From assembly GCA_000708835.1 (NCBI GenBank), contig DF237329.1, forward strand, positions 1 to 64,000: a stretch of DNA of 64,000 nucleotides, in the 5' to 3' direction. The notes under the pieces were generated by a model. The model made no database searches. It had not been told where the DNA came from and saw nothing but the letters and a program-made list of their open reading frames with translations. Shown here piece by piece: positions 35,895-46,793 of this stretch. This DNA comes from Klebsormidium nitens. Its lineage: Eukaryota; Plantae; Klebsormidiophyceae. Positions within the stretch are counted from its first letter, which is position 1, and every line of letters begins with the position of its first letter. A program made the position numbers and the translations under genes.

Positions 35895-36735
35895 GCTCTG
35901 AAGACCTCAAGGAGGCTCCTGCGGAAAATTCCCGGCAGCTTGGTCTGTGCTTGGGCGCCCCCCCAAGCAGGATCAATTGCGGAAAAGGCTCCAGCTAAAC
36001 AAAGACGGTCCCTAACGATCCCTGTTAAACTGCTCACAGTACTATTAAAAGACTCGAAGCCCTTCAAGTTACCTTGACTTGAGTTGAAGCAAGCACTGAG
36101 CTAGCGCGGCGCGCGGCCGGGTGCGCGGTCGCGTCATCAAAGAGAGGTTTCAATCAAACCTCGCGGACGGTTCGAAGTCCGACGGAACCAACGGAACTGC
36201 CCAATGTGCTACGGACGGTCTTCGGTGTCATGTGTGGAACGAATCTAGCTGTACTGTCTTTGCGTCACGCTCATCAAAGCCTGCCCCTCTTTAAAATCAA
36301 CCTTGAATCTGTCTCACACTTTGCTCCAGAGGCGGCATACGAGGCAGCTGCCTGCAAAAACCATCGTCCTGAGCTGCTTTGAGAGTTTCCACCTTTGTAT
36401 TTGACGGCCTAATTGGAATCGGTTGGTCTTTTCACAAGCTTCTGCTTAATGTGGATCATTCGTCCGCATAAATCTCCTCTAAGAAGCTATGTCTTGCTGT
36501 AAATCAAGTGCTGACTTAAGAATAATCTAATCAGGAATGAGCCGCTGTTTTGAGAGCGGTTTGGATGAAATCTTTGACAATCACCTGACGCGTGACGTAG
36601 CCTCGAGTGGTAGCGTTTCTGATCAAGGCCAATCGTGAAGGGGAAAAAGGTTGAAGTCTCAAAGCCCTATTCCAGAAGCTTCGTCACTTTGCTCGACTCT
36701 GGAAGAGGACTAAGGCTTCTTTGGAAAAAGCATTC

Positions 36736-37653
36736 ATGGGAACCGGTCGGAAGTACGTCGAAGCGGAGACGGATCAGCTGAAGAAAAGCAATCTTCTCCT
36801 CCGTCTTTTGTTAGAGGTACAGGATGCCGAACGAACTCTTCAAGGTAAGAGGAGGAGCGTGATGAGAACAATCGTCACAACTAGCTCAAGCAGTTCTCAG
36901 GGCTTCGCTCCGGCTTCGCTTTCTCATGCCGAATTTTATTGTTGTTGCATGGTAAATTCAATGCAGCTTTGAGCGTTTCAACGGGTCACTGCTTGTTCTG
37001 ACTTGTCTTGCTCTTATTACTCCTGTTTTGCAGAGGATCCAAACGTAAGGACCACCGATAACGGAACCTTACATGGAGAAGATGGCGAACTTCAGGTCAG
37101 TCTCAAACGATCCGTTTCTTATGTATCTTCTAGACAGACCCTTACAGAGGGTGTTACAGGTGACTGATGATCTACGATTCCCACAATTGATATCAAAGAG
37201 TAACAAAGTAACAAAAGCTCTTCCTGTTAATTGAGGGCCAACCACTTGAGGACCATGTAGTGCATTGTAACGTCAGGTCTTAAATGAATGAGCTTTTCTG
37301 AGATTCCCACAACTTTTTTTTCCTGAAATTCAGTACCATGAGAAGGAGTCTTATTTGACAAGTACGCATTTGAAGGATATGTATCCATATTCAGAGTCCT
37401 TTTGAGAAATGAGGTGCATGTGTGTAGGAGCTGATCAATCGGTGATTGAAGTCATGAAAATGGTTTTCGGACGTTCACGGTCAATTTTGACTCTTCTCGC
37501 TCGCTGCAGAAAGATGAGTCCTTGCTGCCATCTCTCATTCGACTAAAAGACGAATTCGAGAACTACATCTCACGGCAAAGCAAGCTCAACAAGGCAAGAG
37601 CTCTTCTCGCGATACTAGGAGTGGCTGCCGTTATGTACGTCTGCATATGTTGA
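36736..37653 (+). CDS. Putative small (~104 aa) protein with helical N-terminus and C-terminal hydrophobic tail
   Basis: Exons 36736-36844, 37034-37095, 37510-37653 with canonical GT-AG sites and matching phases. Protein ends KARALLAILGVAAVMYVCIC*. No family recognised. Confidence 0.5.
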
Positions 37654-39035
37654 AGTAGCCGACGAATTGTACATAGGGTGTAAAGCTAGCTGCCATAAAG
37701 TTTGAACAACCGACAGTTGTTGCCGTGGTTTGAGAGCCTTACTAAGGGAATTGATCTAGCTCGAGCAAGTTAGAAAAGGGGTGGCCCATCATCCACCATC
37801 AAAAGGCGTATTGAGGTGAAGTCTGCCAGCATATCTCTCTGCCTCACAGATCGGTTACAGCTCTACCTTTCCTGGAATAATCTTGAACCCTGTGTCCTTG
37901 TACTGACCTACGTGCCTTTTTTGACATCTGGCGTTGACCTGAGTGAAGTGCGTCAAGGTGACAAACTTGAGACTGTCACAGCGTGTAACAATGCCAGGCG
38001 CTGCGCGCGGGGCAGAAGACACCTCAAATGACCTACGTTGCAGAACTTCAGAATTTTCAGCCTAGCTCATTATGCAATCATTGAAGAGAAGTAGGTACTT
38101 GCCCTGGCATAGATGACATCCGAGCGAGAATGTTGCAGGGCCGGCGTCCAACTGTCTTGCTGCCTCAGCTGATTGCCAACCCGTTGACGTGCACATCCAT
38201 ATATATACATACTATGTATACATATATGTGTATGATCAACTCGATCAGTGAGTCCGATATAAGCACAATAGCTTTACATGGCGTACGTGTAGGTTTGTGC
38301 ATGCGAGCGGCTATCCGACATGTGCGCGGGCCACTGAGACGGTTTGCGAGGCCCTCAGTGCACGTACACATGATCTTCAACAATTTCGAAGCTAGGATCC
38401 GACAAGTTTGTATATACTGTGTCTGACGGCTGACCAACTGCAATCATCTTCCAAGAGTCATGGCGATCCGACTGAATGAAGCAGCAATCCGACACGTAAA
38501 TGCGCGTACGTACCGCCGATCGATCTTGCATCATTTCAAGCAGCAAATAAAGTATGGGCGTGCCAAATACGTTTGCTAAGCGGACCGGCGTACGCGGGCA
38601 TGCCAGAGCATTGGACGCGCAACCAACTTCAGGCGGCCCACCTTGAGCGCTAGCCAGCACCATTTTTGAATCAACATTCTAACTGAGCACACACTGAGGT
38701 CGAACGATCACATGCCAGGCCCGGCTCATGCGCAACTTGATGTCCCTTATGGAACAGATTGGTTCTAGCAACAGGGCGGTCCGGTCTATCAGTGCTACAA
38801 ATTGTGAGAACGATCATAGAGAAAAGCCTACTATTCTGACCTTTTTGACTCTGCTCGTTGCATGAGCAACTTGCTAGCTTGTCAGTACTGGTCGGAGTGT
38901 ACGCATGCTAGTACCAGTATGACAAAAGTGTCGGAGAGCTTGCCGAATTCATAAGAAAACCGTACGCCAGGACTATGCTACTACAGAATGATTCTTTGGT
39001 CTGTATGTCGAATATATTGCTGTTGATCTCTAAAA

Positions 39036-42000
39036 TCAGGAATGGTTCGGTGCAATCTCCCGGTATGGCACTGGGGGTATCGCCGGTCTGCTTGGCGGGC
39101 TCGGAGTAACCCAGGGTATGTGCCGGAAATCTTCGCCGCCGTAGATCGCCTTGTCTCCGAGTTGTTCCTCTATCCGCAAGAGCTGCACGCAAGGATTGCG
39201 ACACAGGTTCAGAAATCAGAGGAATGTATGAACTTTTTCGCACTCCCGCTACGTGAAGGGCAATGGAGTCCGACAGATGCAGATAAATCTAAGAAGACGA
39301 AGAGGCTATCTTTGTACAAGTCCTTCTAGAAATCGATGTCGAAGTTGACGCACGTGCCTTTGGCAGCTTCTCGTAGATCTTGGCTGTATGATCGGATCCG
39401 AGAAGCGGGAATGTATCATCAGAGCGTTAAGTCCCAACCAGCTGAACCTCTTAGACGTAATACAGAAAGGAAAAGCAGATGAGGCGATAAGGGGACGGTC
39501 CTACGGCCGAGTCTCAGATAAACGCAGTGCACAAAGGAAGACCAGATGACGGTATAAAGAGAGGGTCCAAAGGCCATCTTTATAAACGTGCTAAAGAAAA
39601 TGGTCAACAAATTGATGGAACTAGGAGAGGGAGGCAACACAGTTTACATGATTGTACTCCGCAAGCCGTTCGTTCTGGCAGGGCGCCCCCGACTTAAACC
39701 GCGGGCCTTACTGCCAGGTCAGCAGGAAAAGAAGGAACTAGAAAAGGGAGGAAACGCAGTTTCACCTGATTGTACTTTGCGAGCCGTTCGCTCTGGCAGG
39801 GCGCCCCCGCTTTGAACTGCCCCGCCGCGAGCCCCACTGCCAGGTCAGCAATGAACGCATCGTCCGTCTCTCCACTCCCATGACCCACCATGACGCCCCA
39901 GCCCGCCTCCTTAGCCGTTCGCACAGCATCGATGGTTGCAGATACCGTTCCCGCATCGTGTACCTGCACAATAGGTTATACGCACTGGGTAAGTTTATGA
40001 GTTTTCATCCACAGCATTTTGATGACCTAGCCCGTCTCCTTCGCCGTTCGCACCGCATCGATACTCGCGGACACAATAGGTTATTAGCGCTCGATAAGCT
40101 CTTGAAACAACCTTTTAACGTCCCAGCCCGCCTTCTTCGCCGTTCGCACCGCATCAACGGTTGCAGACAACGTTCCCGCATCGTCGATTTGCATGATAGC
40201 TTATTAGCATAAGTTCAGCTTTTGACTTTTGTTCACAACATTCTGACGCCCCAGCCTGCCTCCTTTGCTATTTGCACCGCATCCATGTTTGCGAACACCG
40301 TTCCCACTTGGTGTACCTGCAAGTTGAATCAGGAGCACGCGGTCAGGTTAGGGGAATCAAAGGCTGCTTTATCTGAAGCTTTAAGGTATCACAAAAGAAT
40401 ATTGAACGGTACTGAACGGTAAACGGTCTCGAGAGTGGTCATCTGTATGCTCTTCTACCTCCTTTGTTCATAATACAGGAACGTGAACATTGATCCGCGC
40501 CTCGGGATTGCAAAGATGTTCCGCCCCCGTTTGCAAAGCAGACCCGGTTGACGCCTTGTCAGGTACCGCTTGACCAGAAAACTCATGGTCATGATTTCAA
40601 ATGAGCGACCCGTGCCGAGCATGTCAAATACGACTTTTCCGTTTCTGTGACGTGAGGGAGAAACGCCCTCACCTTGACTAAGAGCCCATTGCACCACTTG
40701 CCCTGCACGGCCGCTGCAATCGTCTTCACATTGCTCTCCAGCAACTCGTCCCCGACTACCTGCGAAACGCAGAACGAGGGTTCGACTTCTGCCCCGATCG
40801 CACGAATGACAGAATTGATTGTTGCAGCCAGGCGGTCGACTCTCGCAATGCAAAATTGTTCCCTTCAGATTCTTGGCACGTCAAAGACTCTACTCCTAGC
40901 TGAACAATCGCTTCACACCCAAAGCCGGAACACTCTGTCAGGTCACCTACGTAGAAAAAACTTTCCAGGCACAAAGTGCGAGAACGTTTTATTGGTCCAG
41001 AAAAGGATAGAAGCATTCCGTTACTCTTTAAGCCTAGCAGTTGTCAGATCGCAATAAGTCGTGGTCCACCTTGGATCTGTAGGTCAGACTGCATCAGGAT
41101 TACGTCAGCGGCGTTCAGGCCCTTGATTTTTCCCCAGTCGGTCCGGTCGGAAGGGAACTCCTACAAACACGAGCGGATATGCGTCGCACGGCTCCATATC
41201 TGATGTCATTGAACTGGTAATTGGAACCAAAACGCACCTGGCACACGTCAGCAGCGTTGAGGCCCTTGGTGTTCTCCCAGTCGGTTCGGTCGAAGGGATC
41301 CCCCACCGACACAATCGGATATGCTGCGCATAGCTCCTTATATGACGTCATCAGGTCGGCCCCCGTCTTCTTCTGCTTCCCGTCGTTGTTTGGCGTCTTG
41401 TAGTCGAGGTCGTATACCTTTGCCTCTGGAAGAACGGTATGAGAAAGAAGTTGGAAGCCGCGAAACCATCAGAACAGGGGAACGAGCGAAGTCCACGGTC
41501 TACAGACTCAATCACACGTCGAAAGCTGTGAGTGTGCAGAGCAGCGTACGAAGCCAAGCTCTAAAATATGCTTTTGAGACGCGGGAACCGAGGATCTTAA
41601 ACGCCGCAAAGCTGCCTCTCACAAGCTCATCCAAGGAGCGGCCAACTGTAGACTTCACGAGCGCATCCGCTCTTATCCATGAATGACACTGCTCCTCCGA
41701 AATGCTGCTGACATCGTTTAGTAGTCAGAAGACAACGAGTGGCCAAAGTTCGTAAATCGCAGGAGGTCCCTCTAGGTCTCGTTCACTTTAGGGAACCCGT
41801 GTGGATGAGAAGAAAGTCTCCCGTGAAGCACCCCAGCAAAACGAACCTGGACTGAGAATCAGAACATGACACACACGCGCCATGCACGCTGCTCCTTCCT
41901 CATGAATTCTAGGTCGATGCAACGCCAATTAAAGGCCGCCACGTGTACAGCAAGTCTTACCAGTGAAGAGATTGCTTGCGACGACATCCAGGCCGATCTT

Positions 42001-45000
42001 GACCCTCCCCGTTCCTCCAGCCCGATCAATCGCAGCCACGATAAGGTCAAGAGCCTCCCTCCCACTGCAAGAACCAAGAAGGCTGTTCGAGACTATCGTA
42101 CTTGTGTATCTATTCCTTGAGGTCTGCTGAGTTGTTAACTTGTAATCTGAAGAAGCGCAACCTAATCAGTTCAAGAAACTCCTTTCCACCGCCTCTCTTC
42201 TATGCCAATTGCTTTGATTGAGAATGTGAAGGCCTGGCAATGCCTGCGATAATTGCCTTTTCACTGAATGCTTCCAAGCTTCTTTGTGTGTTGCTGTTGC
42301 TGATCAACATGTAAATTTCAAAGAATCTATCTGCGAGCCAGTCAGAGTTTGCGAGCCAGTCACCTCTGGAGTGCTCCATCTATTCGGTAGTTCTTTCACG
42401 TTAGACTCGTAGGATCATATTATTTCAGCAATCAAAACCTGGCTAGACAGTGGACTCACCTCGAGATGCTTGGAGCATAGCCGCCCTCGTCCCCTATGGA
42501 ACACGGATCGGCCGGGTACTTCTCCTTGATCACGGTCCGCAGCTGGTGGTACGTCTCGGTGCCCATTCGCATCGCGGACGCAAAGCTGTCTGCGCCCACT
42601 GGGAGGATCGTGAAGTCCTGCGGTGTATATTGGCCGAAGTCAGTCAATAAGCTGACTTCAAGCGAAACGCCCAAAGCAACGACCAGGGGGGGGGGGCACT
42701 GACGGGTCGTTTTGCCGAGCAACCAATTACCGAAAGTCTCTTCTTATGTACGGAGAGTCAACGTCTAGTGCCCTGATTCGAATGCGCGATCATAGCAAGA
42801 AAAGAGAGTTCGCCAGCGGCAGTAACACTCCACTACTGGGGCGCTGCGGACATGCCCGCTTCGCCTCCTTTGTTTTTCGTGATAGCTGGCAGTGAGGTCA
42901 CAAGAGGTCTAGGACCTTCAGCGGGTCTGGGCGCCTATATTGCGATGCGCCATCGGATCGAAGTTCCAAACCTAAGTGGAGCGAATGAGGAATTGAGGCG
43001 GATGTTGGGCAGATAGAAAACATAATACGGATCAAGTAGCCTAGTCCGGATTCAAGGGACTGGGGTGGGCGACGGTCGAAGCGAGGTCGTGATGTCTGTC
43101 GCGAAAAAAACAACGAGGAGTACTTACTTTGTAAGTACTAATTTGCAGTCCCCAAATACTAATTTGCAGTCCCCAAAGGAGCCAGGTCTTAAAAAATAGA
43201 GCCTGCAAGAATGACTTCCAGCTCTGGAGAAACTTCAGGAGGCATGGCGTATGAGCAATTACCTGACACGCCAGTTTATTCCCTGCATGGCGCCCCCCGT
43301 TGATGACGGTAAAAGCGGGAACTGGGAGGACTAGTCGAATGTTGGCTGCCAGCTCAGCAATGTGCTGGTAGAGCGGAACGCCCTTTTCCGCAGCACCTAA
43401 AAGTCGGTTACCAATGTGTCAGTGCAGATCACAGCCTAATATCGAGGAAGTCATGGTATAAATATACTACCGAGTGCCTGGGGCCGAACATGGGGGAAAG
43501 CGCAATTGAAGGACCCATTTAAAGAATTCATGGGGCCAGTCATACCAAGACAACCTTAGCCGGAAAACAGCTGTCCAAAGGTGCAGCTTGCTCCGCGCTT
43601 TGATCGAACAATAGAACTGAGCAAGAATCTATTCTGATTCGTTCGCTTTGTCGAACGTTTTTGCAGGAGAGTAGACATGAAAGATTCATACAGCAAACCA
43701 ATGCTGAACCATTCACGAATGTTATACATCTTAGGAAGCAGCGTTGACTTCTCAAAGCACCAAAGTCTGTTCTCCTCACGTTTATCACAACTCTGCAAAA
43801 GGCGTCTTGTAATCAGAAGCAGCTCAAATGTCCACATCTGAATAACAAGGAAAGGCCTCACCCGCTCGACACACTGCCAAAGACACCGCCAGGATCGCGC
43901 TCGCCCCACCTCCCGTCTTGTCTCCGCTCTTTTCAAGCACTCTGCAGATCAGCTGGTCGATCTCCACCTGCTTTGTAGGGTCCTTCCCGATGAGCGGCGG
44001 CGCAAGAACGGTGTTGACAATCGCAATCGCTTGGCTCACACTACTGGGTGGGGACTTTGAGGCATCTTCGTCGGAAGTGTCGTGCCTGGTAGGGAGGAAG
44101 TTGCTGGTTTGAAATTACCAAGGCATGTTTGGTAGGGATTGGTGAGGCAGCCAAAACTGTGATGCTTTCTGCCACCGCCTGCTGAACTGCGGAAAAGAGA
44201 CCTCTTCACTTGATGCAACGTAGTCTTTGCTATATCAACGAGGAAGCGTACACAGGATCGCATACTTCTTTACACAATTGTACGCTAAGGAGTCTCTTTA
44301 CAGATTACGGCAATCATCGAGTTACATAACCTGTGAAGATGCAACAGTGTGCACGATGCAGCTCCCTCAAGGCGTTTTGCCCACCGGAACCCAGATGGCA
44401 GCGTCTCCGCTCGTGGCCACAGCTCGCTACAAATCCGAAGTCTCCACCAGAATCAAAGGCCAATGAAAAGCGCATGTGAATCACTTACCCCCTGGTGGCC
44501 TCTCCGCTCGGGACCGCCGCTCGAAAAGACCCTTTCCTTGTCTGCACATCGACCTCTATGGTGGGGACGCCCCTGCTGTCATAGATCTGGCGAGCCCTGA
44601 CCTTGGTGATGACAGCGGGGGCCGCACGCCTCAATACGTCCGCCTGCAGAATGGAGAGGCTTGGATTGTCTCATTTCAAATCTACTTATGTCGTTTTCGC
44701 GAGGGTGATGGTTTGGTGAATGTCTACAACGTACATGTTCAGGTTTGAACTCGCGTCTCTTTGGCAATTGTGGTCTTAGAATTGACCTCAATGTGACTGT
44801 AATCTACCTTGGAGACAGTTCAGTTGCCACCTTGAAGAGGTAGATGGTGGCAGAGGCTTTTTTAGCAACTAATCATCAAACATCATCCTGTCGGCAAGAG
44901 CTTCAACCTCCACATTCTGGCCCCGAAATTGTGGGCTTTGTGCCCCCACTTTCAATCCCGAATTGCGCCATAACATCTTTTATGAACCATCGACTTCAGC

Positions 45001-45597
45001 AGGTAGTCTGGTTTGAACAAAGTGGCTTTAGAAGTGGCCCTTACACAAGGCAATCTGCCAAAAGTGGTTGCCAGTTCAGAAGGAACATCAGTGTCTGACT
45101 CAATTGCAATTGTAACTTTGCCTGCCATTTAGGCCAAGGACAGCCGCAAACTTGAAAGAAGCTCTCAACATAATTCTTGTACAATGGGCGCCTACTCTTG
45201 TGTGTGCAGTCCTGCTGATATAGCCCATGATATGCAAACCCTAATCTAGAAGGGTTGGTCCGCTGAACCCCTAATTTTCCTAGAAAAGGTGGATAGTCCA
45301 GTGCATTGTTCAAGATCTGATTCTGTCATAAAGCTCGTCATCCTTCCAAATTGTACAACAAGCGGTCAGTCTAAACCGCAACTAAGATCGAACTCTCTTC
45401 TCTTAATCCAAGGCTGGCTGACTTTTTCTATCCAAGCTTACCAGATAGCTCACAGGCTCCTCTGCTCGTGCCCTGACCGCTGCATTGACCGCCTCCTCGA
45501 TCCTCAGCGAGAGCTGGTGCTTGTCCAGGTACTCTTGCACCGTCAAAGCTGCAGTGCTGGTGCTAGAGGTTGCTTCTCTCGACGCCATCGCTTTCAT
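39036..45597 (-). CDS. ENO3: Enolase-family protein of the ENO3/ENOc type with N-terminal docking-like extension; probably catalytically impaired; ~516 aa
   Basis: Exons (minus strand): 45597-45442, 44643-44489, 44085-43862, 43396-43263, 42617-42460, 42064-41961, 41425-41238, 40759-40673, 39963-39766, 39182-39036 (1551 nt). [26 protein letters not shown]-terminus is typical of plant ENO3. Also [53 protein letters not shown]. Start could be the ATG at 45588. Confidence 0.88.
43136..43177. repeat. Perfect 21-bp tandem duplication in an enolase intron
   Basis: tactaatttgcagtccccaaa twice, at 43136-43156 and 43157-43177. Confidence 0.9.
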
Positions 45598-46793
45598 CAA
45601 TCTTCAGGACAAAATCAGATATAATCAGTTGCTCACAGAACAGAAAGAGCAAAGTGGCGTTCTGTGTCACCTTGAATTTTCGTCACGATGGGCTCCAAAG
45701 AACCTTGCTCGCGCAGTGAGCAGCTGGTGAGCAGGTTGAAACAATGAAAGAGCTGGGGAGAAGCAGATCTCTCATGCATGAGTTCAAACTCAGCAGCGGC
45801 CATGAATTGTCATTTGCTCGAGTGCAGAGCTGAGGACCTGAGGTAGATAGGTACTACAAACCCTTTCACAAACTGAGGATGACTTGCAGCGTTACGTTTC
45901 ATCGTGAAAGTTTCATACAGCGTTCCAGATCTGTACTCTCTAACCAAACCCGTAACGCTTAGTTCGGATAGGGGTCCCGAGCCGCCGCCCCAGCTCATCT
46001 CCCCAGCCAGGACCACCTTCTTCCTCTTTCCAGCTTCCTTCCGAAGGCAGCTGCGCCCGCTGGCTGTAAAGGTGAGGGGGCCATCGCTCCCTTCTTCTGC
46101 TGGTGCTTTCCTGCTGTATGCAAGAGTGTTGAAGGAAGGAAAATATCTGTCCTGCATTCTAGGCTGCGAGACGTCCCTGAAGTGGGTGACGCTTTGGATG
46201 TGCCCTATCGGGCTGATGAGATGGGGCAGGCAACAGGGCAGTGCAAAGGAGAAGCAAAGCAGAGCATGTGGCAGTATCAGGGGGCAAGGGGACATCAGCA
46301 GAAGGCTTGTTGGGGTTGGAGGGGCTGTCCCGTCATTGCTTGAACCGTTACCACCCTATCTTTAACGGGATGTGCATGGTTAACAAGTCAAAAAGTTGTA
46401 GGCAATGTGCGGAGCAATGCACACGTCATCCTTCCGGGGAGATAGCGCTGTGTTTTGACTTCTTGGGCCGCATGTTAACGGTCAGCCTGCTTATTATGTT
46501 GGTGGAATGGATGCTGTTCTGATTCTCGTAAAATTATGCGGCGCCAAAGAAGGTCAAACCGCTCTTTTTACTCGGTTCAGCTTTTTAACACCTTAGGCTC
46601 CTCCTTTGGTGCTTGAGGGATAGGCAGGACAGCGTTATTTTGGGCCAAGGCCTTTTTGCTTTTGGAAGGATGCAACTACGAAAAGCTGTTTCCATTGCTG
46701 ACGGAAAGGGAAACTCATGTGTCCACCCCTCTCCTACTTCAAATTGTATCGCTAATCCTTGGAGATTGTGTTGCTGCAGGGCAGGATAGGATC
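45598..46793. promoter_or_regulatory. Divergent intergenic region shared by the ENO3-like gene and RPL7
   Basis: Head-to-head ATGs ~1.2 kb apart. An acceptor (ttgctgcag|ggcagg) shortly before the RPL7 ATG implies a 5'UTR intron. Confidence 0.5.

Noticed and set aside
45810-46365. Two overlapping antisense ORFs of ~155-160 aa between ENO3-like and RPL7
   Set aside because: No recognisable motif or coding-like codon bias. Most likely promoter or 5'UTR sequence.
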